Source: Balanoglossus misakiensis
Lineage: Eukaryota; Animalia; Hemichordata
Assembly (NCBI GenBank): GCA_040954595.2
Contig: CM082594.2
Location: forward strand, 11,102,276 to 11,166,275
Length of the DNA: 64,000 nucleotides
Direction: 5' to 3'
Shown piece by piece: positions 26,201-39,314 of the stretch (position 1 is the stretch's first letter; each line of letters opens with the position of its first letter). The notes under the pieces were generated by a model. That model saw only the letters and a program-made list of their open reading frames with translations. It did no database searches and was not told the origin of the DNA. A program made the translations under genes and the position numbers.

Positions 26201-29200
26201 ATACAAGTCTTCTTGTGGTGACGTCATCTGCTGCTCTACTTCCATCTCTCTGTGCTTGAACACCTCGGATTTGGCAAGTTCACTCTCCAGGAATTCCAAC
26301 TCTAGATTTCTGCCCTCAAAGCGTTTACTCTGCGATGCATAGACATCGTCTGTTGAATACGCTTTGATGGTACTCTCGCTGTCTGCCTGGGAAGACTGAG
26401 CAGTCAATGTGGAAGTGCTGGATATAGTCTCATTGTCAAGGATCCCTTGTTTACTCTTGGGGCTTGTCACTGAGGTACTGTCTGCTGTCAGGTATTCAGA
26501 CGATGAAGTTCTTTGCATAGAGTCGCTGAAGGAATTGTTCCTGCAGAATAACAATTAGTAAATTAATTTGAATCAGTGTCCATTTGGTCTAGCTCTCTCA
26601 CCCTCCCCAAATCTTTCCTCCAAATTTTCTCATAGCATAGCAGTTGAGACTTTCACTTACTTAGACAGTTTCCATGGTGATGAAGTGGCCAAAGGATGTG
26701 AAGAATTCATAGAACTGTAGGACCCAACTGGAGTAGACTGGTAGCTGTCTGATGGTTGGTCTATCTCAACCAGTAGTTTACTGCCACAATGTGGACAGAC
26801 CGAAATCTCTTGCAGAGAATCAAATTCTGCGAAGAAGAAAAATTGATATTACAACCAACCCTGGCAGTGTGTTGACTATTTTGAAACCTTTTTTATTATA
26901 TGTAATTCTTACCTGGGCTAGTACCCATCATGTCATCATCAGAGAGTGTGTTGAACTGGGTTGGTGTCTTGGATCTCTGGATTTTCTTGTGTGCCTGGTT
27001 TTTATGGAAAACTGAGGAGCATTTCAAACACTGTATTTTCTGATGAGTCAGAGGGACGGACTGGTTCTGTTCCATGGCTGGTGTAAGCAGATCAACTAAG
27101 GCCTGGTGAAAGATTTGAGGAAAGACATACATTGGTGCATGTTATTTCATTTTCCACAGATTCTCACAGCATCAATCAGAATGACAAAAGCATGTTCCAA
27201 GTTGCGTCAAGGAACACTGACCTTGCAATTGTCTTCATCTTCCATGACATAATCTCTCTTTTGTCGATCTTTGCGGATGTAATTGAGAGTGAGTGACACC
27301 ACCGGGACTTGGCTTTCTTGTTGGTTGTCAGAATCCGTGACGGTTTGAAAACTCGACTTCACTGTCTGAATGCTCTTCAGGTCCAGTTTCTCGATGATGC
27401 GTCCCTCCAAGTTGCGTTCCTGGATCGATTTGTCGTTGATCGTCAGCAGGATTTCTCTGTTGTCGCTGCTGGTTTTCCCAAGCATCGTCACGATGAATGG
27501 AGTAGTATCAAAAACTGCTGTGAGAAAAGTGGGATTCCAGGTATTTTTAAGGGTATCTTTCCTTGAAGACAATGTACTGTACAATAACATTCCAAAGATT
27601 ACAGCAGAGACATGTAATTAATATCTGTATAACTTCCTCCACATACATGTGGCCTTACTACTTTAAAAAATAATTTTAGAATGAAAAAAATAATTTTAAA
27701 AATTTAACCAACATACTTATATCATCAGATGTCGAGCTCATTATTCTCTGTCGGCCAGTATCATCACTTGTAAATATTTCAGGATTTTCGTGGCGTACGA
27801 CTAACTCGTCTTCCACTAGTTGACTAGCACCCTCTGCCGTTGATACGTTATCAACACTGCCCTCTATGACTTCAGCCTCTACCTCGTGCGCCGCGGTTTT
27901 CCCGTTTTCTGGAGTGCCTTTTGGATCCTGTTTTGCTGACATTACAACAAGCCAGTCCGGTCCCAACTGCTCACGAATAGTCTCAACTTTGTGTTGGATA
28001 TCACTGCCGTCGATGAAAGGTGTTGATGCTGAAACAAAAATGGTTTCAGTTTGTAAATGGATGTCTTAACAATTTTTATAAATCTCCACCAAGTTTTACA
28101 CTGGGTAATGAAGGCATTATATACACTAACCTCTTGAACCTGGTTGCGACTTGTCACTTGTTGGTTCATCGATATCTGGTCGTCTGTGTTTACTCTTCTT
28201 GGCCGATGACTTCTTGCCTTTTAAACTTTTGCCCTTTGACCCAGACTTTGTCATGTGATAAACCAGAGAGTCTGTTTCATCATCCGTGATGGCAGTTGCA
28301 TTGTGGGAAGTCAGACTCGATTCCATCCAGTAACTGTCTATACTGTTGACCGATGCTTCAAACATGGACGCCGCAGTTCTCAATTTGACAAGATCTCCTG
28401 CTGGAAGATACTGCAATGGAATACAATAGCCTAACCTTTAACAATCATCAAATCAGCAAATTCTTACCACTCGAAATCACTTAGCACTGGAAGATCAAAG
28501 AAAGTTGAAACTAGGGTCTAATGGTCTGTCACTAAATTTTTATTTAAGAAAGAGTATGATACTTGGCTGGAGAATACAAGTGTAAATGAAATGAGATAAG
28601 ATTTCTACCTTCAGTTCAGCATTAGAAAGTCTTCGGCCATCAAGAAACACCTTTTGTGTGATAACTGCTGGTGATAAGTTCTTCACCACAGAAATACGAT
28701 AATTTGGTTGGAAACAGACTGGATTCCCCTGTAGTATCAGCTGTTATGAGTGATGAAGACAAATAATAGTTAGGCTTAAGACAGACATGCATAAAACTTT
28801 CATCAAATCCTAAACAGTAACTGACTTTGTATGGTCTTTTTCAGATGCACCTGTGATGCTATTGCTCGCTACAATGTCCTATACGTTGGATTGTGTATGA
28901 CTGGTTCACTAAGATAATATCCTGGCCGTGATTTGCAAAAGAGTCCTGGACCTAGGTCAGCTTGTGCTGATTGACAGCGTGCCATGGTTTTGAGGTAGGT
29001 GAAAAAAACATCTTAATATTGGTTTTGGTTGTGGTTTCGTATGCTTTTACAATTGACGATGATAAAACTTACCCTTGTCATCAAGTGTAGCAAGGACAGA
29101 TAAATAAGCTGTACTGTTTCCACAATGCAGTTATTGGCTACGTCTAACTCCTGTAAATTCCGGATCTGTTCCAATCCTTGCAAATTCTCCAGTTTGTTGT

Positions 29201-31564
29201 TCCTCAAAACCAGTGACTCTAACTTAGTTTTGGATCTGATGGACAACGAAGGAATTCTTTCCAGCTGGTTGTATCCCAGATTGAGATGAGTGAGTTCAGA
29301 TAAATACTGAAAAGGGGAAATCAGAATAGAGGTTGTAATCAACTTTCTTGTTTCTGGTTCTGAGATTATCTGTTTGCAAAGCATCAGAATTGCTCAGTTG
29401 ACCATTTGGTAGAAAATATTCCATCCCCTTAGAGAGTCAACAGCAAAATTAATTTGCCGTTGAACATGGTTGTCATCTGTCACCATGTGTGATAACATCC
29501 AAGGTTACAACTCACCTCTAAATAATAACTGACATCTGTGATGTTGTTGTGACTCAGATCAAGTACACGAATTGCCGTCAGTAATTTCTGAAAGATAAAA
29601 TATCAAAATGTTTGTGTAATATGAACAATTTGGACGAGAGTGGCTTGGTAAATCTGCTCAGAAAGCAAAGCTAGACAAAAATGTAACGACTGAAACACTA
29701 TCAAATGAAATAACAGGGAATCAAAATGTACTTACCAGAGAATCATCCAGTTCCCATATTTGATTAAAACTGAGACTAACAGTGTGTAACTCAGGCCAAC
29801 CTTGTGCAGAACTTTTATCACCACCACATGAAGAAAATAATTCCTAAAAGTATTAAATTGAAAGATATGACATTTTATTGTAAAATACAATATTACAAGT
29901 CAAATAAACAAATCAATCAATATTATGGAGTACATTGTCCAGGTCATTCAACTGGACCAAACCACTACAGAGTGGTGAAAAACAACATTTTTCAACAAAT
30001 TCTAATAACCAACCTGTAATGCTTGTACACATCTGGTACATATCAGCACTTTGAGATGAGTTCTCAAAGCTTGTAGTCCCGTCAGTAAATGTAACGGCAC
30101 TCTCTTGATTTCAAGTGTATGAAGTTCTTGACAGTGGCAGATATTCACACTCCCTTGCAAAGTGCTTGTCCCATGCATAACCTAAGTGTCAACACAAAAA
30201 TCATAATTATCACATGATCCATAAATATGTACATCTGAATAAAAAAAGAGATTTTACACTCTCTGTTCATCTTTAGGTTATTATTTTTTGACATTTTTGT
30301 CAGTGATGGCCAGTCACTCTTTTGTTCTACCACGGTCAGAATTTTAGCTTCAGTGATACCAATCATTCCAGACTTACTTTTAATGACTTTGTTTGTTGGA
30401 TGAACTGATACAGATATTGTATGTCTTCCTTGAATTCTTTGTCATCACCTGTGAGGGCAGTCTCTTGTTCCTTGTTGCTGTCATTCTCAGCAAGATCACT
30501 GAAGAAGTCATTGAGATAACACAGCGAATTGGTTGTCAAGGAAAGTTTACCATTGCCGAGTAGGATTTTATTACCTGAAATTAAAATAGAGTGTTTTCAT
30601 GATGAAGAGTTCCTTTTATCTGTAAGTGTAACTTCACCACTTCTTACAGATTTAAACATGTATTTCAAGGACATTAGTAAATTTGCCTCAATGTTTCATT
30701 TGCTTTTATGGTTCAGTGAGCAATGGCCTATGGTATCACAGTGCATTTTATGTCACATTTCTCTATGAGTGACCACTGTGACCTAACATGGATGGTCGGT
30801 AAGGTTTCTGAATTGCTAAGTACAGGGAAAGTGTTTTATTATTAAAATCCCCATGATCTAACAAAGCTTGTCAATATTGTTTTTGGTTTCTGTATGGATG
30901 GATTATCTTATGGTACATCCATTGTCACTTGGTGGATTGTTCTAATCCAGACATGACCGGTAGCACGTCACAGGAACTGTGCGTTGTGGTGGAGTGACCA
31001 CGTTGGATTTGACCCCGAGGTTAATTACATGTACGTCGTGTTAATGACCACACACGTGACCTGACACAAAGATGCCAGCCGGGTTAAGTGCCACGTGATG
31101 CCTGAGTAGCTTTCAAAGAGTCTGTTGTCATATTTAGTAAAATGATTTGCAGTACAGCAAAACTGTTCTAATCATTTTATCTCAGATAATGATATTTACT
31201 AAACGAAGCGGGCAATCGTCTAGATCCAATGCACGTTGGGCAAAGTATCGTGGCCAAAAATAAAACATGCCAATTAACGCGACTGGTCATGGTGACAATG
31301 GCATCCCTATTGTCTTGTTCAGGGTGTGAATCACACTTTCCCGTCACATGACAATCAGCTGGTCGGTACAGGATATGGATCGCGATCGCAGGACGGACTT
31401 ACGCATTGTATTTCACGCTGATATTTTTTTTGTGGAAACGAAAATAAAAACTCACCGTCCTGCCGTAATAGTGCCGCTAACTCTCGTACCATTTTCCGCT
31501 GCCCAAGACCGGTATCAGCGGCGATATCCGGGGACGGGGATCTAGTCTCTCTACGTCTGAACAT
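17251..31564 (-). CDS. STK11IP: Serine/threonine kinase 11-interacting protein (LRR N-terminus, CxxC pairs, long Ser-rich exon, C-terminal PH-like region)
   Basis: Exons from ATG 31564-31456 (…MVRELAALLRQDG), 30574-30378, 30181-30014, ~29843-29736 (ELFSSCGGDKSSAQGWPELHTVSLSFNQIWELDDSL, typical of STK11IP), LRR exons 29587-28609, ETIREQLGPDWL, CLKC/CPHC, large exon ~26541-25007 ending VDHRLKLY, then EENHHWPLP and IKEPWEKLFNVDL (21881-21738). The final coding exon is uncertain; 17259-17251 (DL*) is assumed. Long 3' UTR probably to the minus-strand AATAAA at ~13683. Confidence 0.9.
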
Positions 31565-32212
31565 TTTTCAGGCAAAAGGTGCTGGTTGCGATGATACACT
31601 ACGCTACGTACGCACCAATCGTCGCAACATTTTCCCCGGAATCAGAAATAAATCCTCACAGAAGAAGCGATCGGAAGAACAGAATAATAGCCAGCGTCTT
31701 CTGCAGTGAATCGACGTGTCTCTACCAATGTCACGATCTTCGCGTCAGCAATATTGACGAAAAATATCAGAGTTAGATTATTAACTCACTGGAGGCGGCC
31801 ATTTTTGAAATATATTTGAGGGCGCGATTCACGTTTCTCCTCACGTACGTCCCCGAAATGGGCGGGGTTACATAAACTTTTAACGTTTCTGTCTCAGATT
31901 TTTATTCAATAACACTTACAACTTCTAACTGTCCATGCAATTACTAGATGGCAAATTAGAAGTACTGGGAAAATACCACTTTATGTCTAAATTTGGAAAC
32001 ATCTTATCCGGTGATGGTGATTGGATGAATGAACAGTGACGTTTCACAGCGCTCCCTACGTAATAGAAACCCAGTTCAAAGGTCATTTCGCCGGTAAAGT
32101 CGTCACAGCACACAGTACGTGATCGTGAGGGGATAGCCACCGCTATAAAATACTTTACATCACTCAAGAAACCAGCCTTACAGTTAGCGGCAGTATTTTT
32201 TCTTTTTTAAAG
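31565..32212. promoter_or_regulatory. Bidirectional CpG-rich promoter between STK11IP and the HIG1-domain gene
   Basis: Divergent genes; YY1-like GCGGCCATTTT at ~31795, GC box GGGCGGGG at ~31860, several ACGTG cores; non-coding + strand first exon ends at AAG|GTGAGT ~32212. Confidence 0.6.
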
Positions 32213-32929
32213 GTGAGTAGAGTGTTCTGTACCGATTTTATTTGTGCTATTTTAGTAGATCATGAAGATATTTGACGTGTTCCGAATTCATTTCAACATG
32301 TACATTTCTTACATGTACATATCGTGAGTTGCGTAAATTTGCGGAAGTCCATCAAATTCAAATGGCCTCCATTCGTATTAAACGCGACGTGTAACACGTG
32401 GAGGGTTTATGTGTACAGGTTATCTTTGGTTATACAAGGATCACAGATATTAGAGAAATGTTACGGCGATTTTCCGTCGTTTCATGCGGGGACTGATCAA
32501 GTTTGGTCGACCCGCCAGTATGCATGTATCCTCAGATTGACCTCACAGTTGTCAAGACAACGGTGTGAAAGTCTGTCACTAGTGTCACTGAAAGTAAGAC
32601 ACGGACATTTCATAGTTTCATATTCTACAAAACATCATCATTTACAAAATTATCAAACAATCATGTATCATTTCAGATCATGATGAATCTAACACATATA
32701 TCAGACTGAAGATACGAATTTAGATTCGAAAGAAATATGAAGGGCGAGTTGACACTGTCCTGAATACAGTGACACAGCAAAGGCTATTCAAATTGGATGT
32801 CTGTTTTATTTGATGAACTGTTGGCATTACCGCATATTGTATTTTTTTTCTTGTGTGTCATTAAAAATATCCAGGTAACTGATTTCTTAATGTGTTTGAT
32901 CACCAGAAACTTCGAATTGAGAAAAAAAG

Positions 32930-33341
32930 ATGGCTAAAACACTGGCCCGGGAGAGATGGGACCCAGCCGATTATGAATTTGAATCAAGTACTGATAAGTT
33001 GAAGAGGAAAGTCAAAGACGATCCGTTCGTCCCAGCTGGTAAGTATCCACAAAGATTGGCCATGCAGAAATTGTATATAGTTTGGGCCGGTTTTTCCTCA
33101 AATCACTCTTCATTATTTTTACTTATTCTTTTTTTATTCAGGTATCGTTGCTTGTATAGGTGCTGTAGGCTATGGAGCACTGTCATATAGACGGCACAGA
33201 AAACAAGGAATGTCTACCTCAATATTCCTGATGAAATTCCGTGTCATTGCACAAAGTATGGTGGTTGGTGCCATGACAGTTGGAGTCTGCTACTCACTGT
33301 TCAAGCAATATTATGGAACTCCAGAATTACCCAAAAAGTGA
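32930..33341 (+). CDS. HIGD1A: HIG1 domain family member (HIGD1-like mitochondrial inner-membrane protein)
   Basis: Exons 32930-33038 and 33142-33341 give MAKTLARERWDPADYEFESSTDKLKRKVKDDPFVPAGIVACIGAVGYGALSYRRHRKQGMSTSIFLMKFRVIAQSMVVGAMTVGVCYSLFKQYYGTPELPKK*; KL.RK.K..PFVP.G and S..LM..RV.AQ..VVG are HIG1 hallmarks. Paralogue assignment is approximate. Confidence 0.9.
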
Positions 33342-34800
33342 TTTTTTAGAATGTATAAGAACTGTTTAAATGTGTATATATATCTTCAGTCTTCACAGCA
33401 GTCTTGGACATATATACAGAATTTTAATAAAAGTTTTAATGATCATGACTAAGTTATGACTAAGTGTTGAAACCTAACTGAAACGGTACTCAAAAGAAAA
33501 GAAAATGTTAGCAGTATATGATTAATTTAACCCTTTCCTATGTTACAACTTTAAAAAAAAAATGCACGTTTGTATTTATTCTGTATATACAAAGTTATGT
33601 ATGGAAAATATTCTTCCGGAGTTAAAATGTGTGCATGTTTTAATGCATTGTGCATGGCACACGTGACACAAGGACTTGAGTTTCTGATGCATATTAAAAG
33701 GATAGTAACTGGAACTTTTGATTCAGTATTTGGTCTGTGCAACAACCATAAATTATGTATACATGCAGACAGTAAATTACCTTAAATGAATTTAGTTTTT
33801 TTTATGCTTCAAAGGTAAAGAAAATAAAGTACATTATCATCAACTGAAGGTTTTGCAATCCTGTGTTTGAACTTGAAAGCTATACACAACCAGTGTTAAC
33901 ACACAGACTACCAGCAAAGACAGATTGACACAAAGAACTTTTGCAATATAATTTATTTTTTTATTATTAAAATGTAAAAGCTTTGGAGATGTGATACAAA
34001 AATAACTGACTGGAACTTCTCATGTTAATTTATGCCTAAAATTATGTAAGTATTCTACATATAAGAAAATGTGTTCGTAAGGGACCCTGTTGTGGGGTAC
34101 CCGTCTCACATGATGTCATAGGTCATCAGGGGTCAGGGTTCAAAGGGTAAAACTACAGCTTCAAAATGCCACAGGTATCTGTTCAAAATTTTAACTTGTT
34201 GATAATATTTGTGGTATAAAGTTTATCTAGGGTTGAAATACCAACTTAATGGCAGTGTTTGTGGATAAATTAAAATTGTTGTTAGTATGATGAGTATAAA
34301 TATACCAGCAATGCATAAAATGGAAGACTATTTCTGCAAAATATTGACCTATTGTCAGTTAAGTTTAATTTGCAATACAATGTACTACAATCATTTCATT
34401 ATCATCAGATCTAATTATTAAAATTTTGCAATATCATATATTGCTTTACATGATTTTTTTAAACAACGTAAAAATAGGTGACAGTGATCATATTTACACT
34501 ATACATGTTTACATTCTGCTAGAAAAAAAAGAATGAAAATAACTATTTTTTTATGATTTGTGTGCACGAATACAACTATTGTATAAGAACCTAATCAGAG
34601 AAAAGATAAAGTGCATTTGCGTCTTGAAGGAATAAATAAGTGTACAAAAGTGAAAAGTATAAATGAGCTTGATTTGGGAAAATATACTATTGTGATAAAA
34701 GAGTTTAATAGTCCAACTGTGAGATTTACCCTGGCTCTGTTGTCATTTCAGTTTGGACGTAGGAGTTGTTTTGGACTGTATTCGGCCGTAAACGGTGGTT

Positions 34801-36719
34801 TTACTTTTTGGAAGCACTGCCACCTTTGCGACTGATCTTCTTGGACTTGTCTATTGTCTTGGGGGGAGGGGCAGCCTCTGCCTGCACATGTCTGCCATAC
34901 AAACTGAAAGAAAGAAGACAGATCTGTTAGCCTAACAATGTCTGTCAACTGCACATTCCTTCTTGACTTGGAACAAGAGGACTATTCTTCCAATCTGTTC
35001 TAAACTATGACACAGTACAATCAAATCAGAACTTACTATTTGTAGGTGTCTGATCTAATGTAATCAAAGACATGTCCAATGCCTGCCTGAAACTGATCAG
35101 CTATTGGAGGAGCCCAAGGGTTATTCTCTCCTTTGAAAAGACGTCTTTCACCAACAAGATCCAAGTTACCTGGAGAGACAAACAAAATCAAAAAGTTGAT
35201 TTTCGAAGGGTCTTGTACATTTACATTCATGAACATCAAATTTGCATTTGATCATTTTAGTATTTTCAACAAATGTTACCATGGTAACCTATGTACCTAG
35301 TTCCGGCGGCAGGACTGTTAATCTGTTGCCTTGGATATGCAGTTCTTTCAACCTTTGCAATTCTCCAATCTCTTTCGGTAAGGATATCAAGTCATTATCT
35401 CTAAGTGCAAGCTGTAGTTGGGAGAAAAAAATAAGACCAAAAGTTAGATAGTTCCAAGCTTAGTGCATTTCAGGATAAGTTTTCCTGAACTCTCAGTGGT
35501 GGCCTAGAATGGGTTCAATCTTGCATTCCTGTCTGGCTGGACAAGTGCCAAGCCGCAAGATATTGATTTCAAGGGTACTTGTACATCATCTACTACTTAC
35601 AATTTCCAGCCTCTGTAGTCGTCCAATGTCACCTGGCAGGATTTCAAAGTCATTGTCACTCAGGTAAAGGGCACGCAGTGATTCTGTGGAGAAATAGCGA
35701 AGCAACATTGAGATGTCAAGAATTTGGACTGATTGGGGTAGTGTTCCCCCATTGACTCCATACACAGTTCTCAGATATGTTTATTTACTGTTCTCATTAA
35801 TTGTTTGTGTGAAGTTCAAGAAAGAACTGACTCACCCATGAGGAAAAAGTTGCCAGGCAAACTCTGTTCATGGAGGTTGTTGTACATCAAATCTAAAATC
35901 TCGAGTTTTGGGAATGCACCGAAACCTCGTGGGAGGCTGTTCAGTCTGTTGACTCTAGAGTACAACAACAAGAAGGATATACAGTCATGATTGTGACCGA
36001 ACAGGAAAAGAGGTTGTGATGATTAATATGCTATATAGGATCACATTACCTTTGTAAGCATCAATTTACATATATCATCCGCTGACATTGGCCAGTACAA
36101 TTTATATGATAGTATGAATTGCTGGTATACAAAACTCACCCAAGATTGAGAATTTTCAGATTCGGCATCGAGCTCAGATTCACTGGAACCTCTTCTATGT
36201 GATTGTTGAATAAATTTAAAGATTCTAGACTTTGCAGTTCCACTATACTTGGAGGTACGACTGTAATGTGGAATACAGAAGAGTTGTAAAGTACACATAG
36301 TACATAATTTTCATATATATAGTAAAGATACATTGTATCACAAATGAAATTGTCTTGAATCCAGATTCTGGATTCCAGACTACAAATGAATATACTTACC
36401 AATAATTCTGTTGTGACTGAGCGTCAGCCTTGTCAAATGTTTTAGTGACACTGTTGACATGTAATAAAACAAATGTAAATCAGGAGATATGTACACATTT
36501 CCACAAGTAATACTGTATAATTGTATTTTGTTGACATTCCAAATATGCTTTTGAAAGCAATAGTTCATAATTCATATCTGCAAAATGAAAACAAGATATT
36601 AACAACTCACAAAGTCCAGGTACATCCATGATATTGGCGATGCCTTTCTCACACAGATCCAGCTCTTCCTGTCCATGTTCTTTGTTTTCCTCAACTTGCT
36701 TTTTCAGAGATTTTGCCAT
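34801..36719 (-). CDS. RSU1: Ras suppressor protein 1 (LRR protein)
   Basis: 8 exons: 36719-36611 ([27 protein letters not shown]), ~36451-36399 (LTLSHNRI), ~36261-36140, ~35954-35836 ([19 protein letters not shown]), ~35683-35601, ~35412-35298, ~35170-35037 ([28 protein letters not shown]) and ~34903-34801 ([26 protein letters not shown]…*). Confidence 0.95.
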
Positions 36720-37305
36720 TTTAGAAGAGAGAAAAATGCAATATCCTCAGTCAATATAAACAGAGAAAGGTCGCACCCACCAAAAGCCAGGAAGTAAACC
36801 GGAAGTGACGAGCAACTCCTGTCTTGGTTAATACTTAATCCGCTGTACAAAATATAGTGCGCCTTAACTGTGCATGTTTTGCTCAAAAAGTTACAATTAT
36901 TTTTATTTAAAACTATATTGACTGGAATAAGACTATACTTTGATATTGTTTACGCAAAAAAGACGTCAGATTAGTGAAAGAAATTGACTGGCGGATGCGT
37001 TTGTAAATGTGTGATAGTTCCAGACACCCATAATTCATTACAAACGAAATGGTGAGTACAACTGAAACATACACATGAGACGTTGCGTTGTTGAAATTCC
37101 TTGCATTTCAGTGTCGCTTTCCTGAATGTGTCATCCGTACATTACGTGGAACTTTTAGAGTTAAGCTTGTGTATGTTCACTTACTGAAATGTATCTTGCA
37201 AACATAATTATTCGTGTTGATAATGACCAGCAGAAGTTTGTTTGACTGTGCGTCGCGTTTCATGAATGAAGCCCTACGCGTGGTGTAATGTACATGAACC
37301 ATGTG

Positions 37306-37493
37306 GGGAGAGGGGGGGGGGGGGGTCCTGGTTTGTCGGCATACACACCTGAAAGTGTGTTCGTGGTTTACAAAATGTAATTACCGTCTCAGTGTAGGAA
37401 TATAAGCAATGTCTTTGGAAGGGCCGCTGAAAGCAGTGTCATTTTGGCCACAGGCTTCCATGCACAGCCATGGGGGGGGGGGGGGGGGGGGGA
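37306..37493. repeat. Two poly-G tracts (~37312-37325 and ~37472-37493) bracketing a 146-nt island
   Basis: Homopolymer G runs directly visible; G-quadruplex potential on the + strand. Confidence 0.85.
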
Positions 37494-38331
37494 CGCTACG
37501 ACCTGACACTCACCTTGGTCAATGTATTATGATAGTCAACAACTCTAAAATACTTGTCATCTGCTCAGAGGAATTTCATTCTGATTTTTTTAACTATTTG
37601 CAGTGATACATGATAAACTTTGGCTTCTGCGCTGACCATTGGAATTGGATGTACCAGGGGACAGAAGATGGAGCGGTAAGCATATGATTACCATAAAAAT
37701 GGTAGTAAATTGGTCGGGTCTGCAAAGTGACAAACCATCTCTGATCTAAACAAACATGCACCAATTAGTTTTCAAAACAAATGAGATACTTGTTCACTGG
37801 TTGGTTTTTGGTTCCACATGTATGTTATACTATAGTAAACTGGACTAACCTTCTTTATACACAGTGGCATATTGGTCTTCTGTTCAGCAATTTAGTTCCA
37901 AATATAGATGTAGTTGGATCTGTGGTAGAATACTTCCAAAATAAGCAAACAATCTAGTCTTGTCCCCTGGTTTAGGCAGCTTGGTAATCCATTCCTTGTA
38001 CAAAGTTCTTTTGGTGTGTGTTCTGCTACGGTCAGCACCTGCTTTGCCCTTGTCTATCTTCAGATGCCATCTGAACTCACTGGGGGGATATAGATGTGTT
38101 TACTTTATGGCACAGTCAATAAATTAAACAGTCTTCATGAGCTGTCAATGTTTTGGTCTCCATGCTGGTATGTTTTACTGATGACACGAGCTGATGTGGA
38201 TATGTATTGGCTGTTGGTGTCTATATTTGGATTAAAGAGGTTCAGCTTCACCACAGACATTCTACTTAGATCGCATATAGTTTTTGAATAAAGAGGTTAG
38301 TTGAAATGCTTATCAGAAACAACAAGGCCAT

Positions 38332-38468
38332 TGCCATCCCTGGGCAAATGTTTGTAGATGCAATCAATATTTGGTGACCTATCTCAGGGCATTCTCATGT
38401 GAAATGCACTGTCTTGCTGTAAATCATTTGTGAGAGATGAAGTGTTTGAAGCAGCACAGTGAACACAT
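38332..38468 (+). ncRNA. Candidate box H/ACA (sca)RNA in a host-gene intron
   Basis: 5' hairpin (ccctg/caggg, caaatgtt/aatatttg); 3' hairpin cactgt 38407-38412 / acagtg 38456-38461 with apical UGAG (CAB-like, 38431-38434), followed by ACA 38463-38465. No canonical ANANNA H box was found. Confidence 0.35.
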
Positions 38469-38850
38469 GCCTCTAAAAGCAGTCCACGATTGCTATCCAT
38501 CATCTACCATGATTGTCCCTGATGTCTGTCTTGATGACACTGAATTTTCATCTGTCATTTCCCACAGCAGAGCTAAACTTCCGGGAGTAGACCATATTTT
38601 CACCACTCGAAGTGTTGACAAGCATTGAACGATGTGAACCACTGCCACCAGTGACTGTGTACAGGTTCCTGGAAACAACTGTGGCAGTCCTAGTCATCTT
38701 GCCTAATACCATGCCATGAAAAACAGGATTTTGACAAGGCAAACAGCAGCAAGTAATCAGCTGTTGAATACATCACAACCAGGTCAGTTTTTGTCTGATC
38801 CATTCCTTGCAATCCTTTCACTCATTCTCAGCATTCTTTCAGTGTGATTA

Positions 38851-39105
38851 CAAGCCTAATGATTACAACTCTTTGCTGAAGGCACAAATTGGCACAATCA
38901 CAACCAGTGGGTTTTTTATTTCAAATTTATTGATATTTTTTTTCTTCTAATTTATGAATCATTTTATTTTGATTTATTTCCTTTCTACATTTTCCTTTTT
39001 TTTATTTAAAAGAATATTTAATTTTACTTTTTCCCCTCAAAATCTACTGGTTCTTGGTTGTTGCCAAGCCAATGACAGTACATGATTATGAGAGCTGAAG
39101 GCTTG
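38851..39105 (+). ncRNA. Box C/D guide RNA, SNORD97/SCARNA97(SNORD133)-like, copy 1 (predicted tRNA-Met(e) Cm34 guide)
   Basis: Terminal stem CAAGCCT/AGGCTTG; box C ATGATTA 38859-38865; D' CTGA 38876-38879; internal stem ttggcacaatcacaaccagtgg / ctactggttcttggttgttgccaa enclosing a ~130-nt U-rich loop; C' ATGACAG 39072-39078; guide GATTATGAGA 39084-39093; D CTGA 39095-39098, 86 nt from the 3' splice site. Confidence 0.85.
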
Positions 39106-39314
39106 CAACTTTCAATGTATAATTTTCGTTTTTTTGTGTGAATATTAAAACGTAATTAATGTTGACCAATGTATTTATCCTCAGATGTATGGCTGTATTT
39201 GCTATTCATAGAAGTCAACTGGAATGTTACTGGACTTCATAGTCCTTGCAGCTGTCCAGGTTAGTAATTTTTATCCACAATTCTGAGTAGTTTCCCGAAA
39301 TCTTATTATGAAAA

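Noticed and set aside
37326-37410. Minus-strand ATATTCCTACA and GACAAACCA resembling U17/snR30 m1 and m2 motifs
   Set aside because: No closing stem, no H box and no correctly spaced ACA. GACAAACCAT also occurs at ~37729 on the other strand, so such short hits arise by chance.
37684-37744. ATGATTA...CTGA as a fourth C/D snoRNA
   Set aside because: Only 8 nt from the splice donor, no convincing terminal stem and no recognisable guide.
37840-38468. Telomerase RNA hypothesis for the CAB/ACA hairpin
   Set aside because: No full CTAACCCTAA template or pseudoknot is visible upstream.
38851-39105. ATGA...CTGA motifs read as SECIS elements or as separate mini K-turn hairpins
   Set aside because: Spacing is too short for SECIS helix II, there is no selenoprotein ORF, and long-range pairing explains them better as C/D' and C'/D boxes of one RNA.
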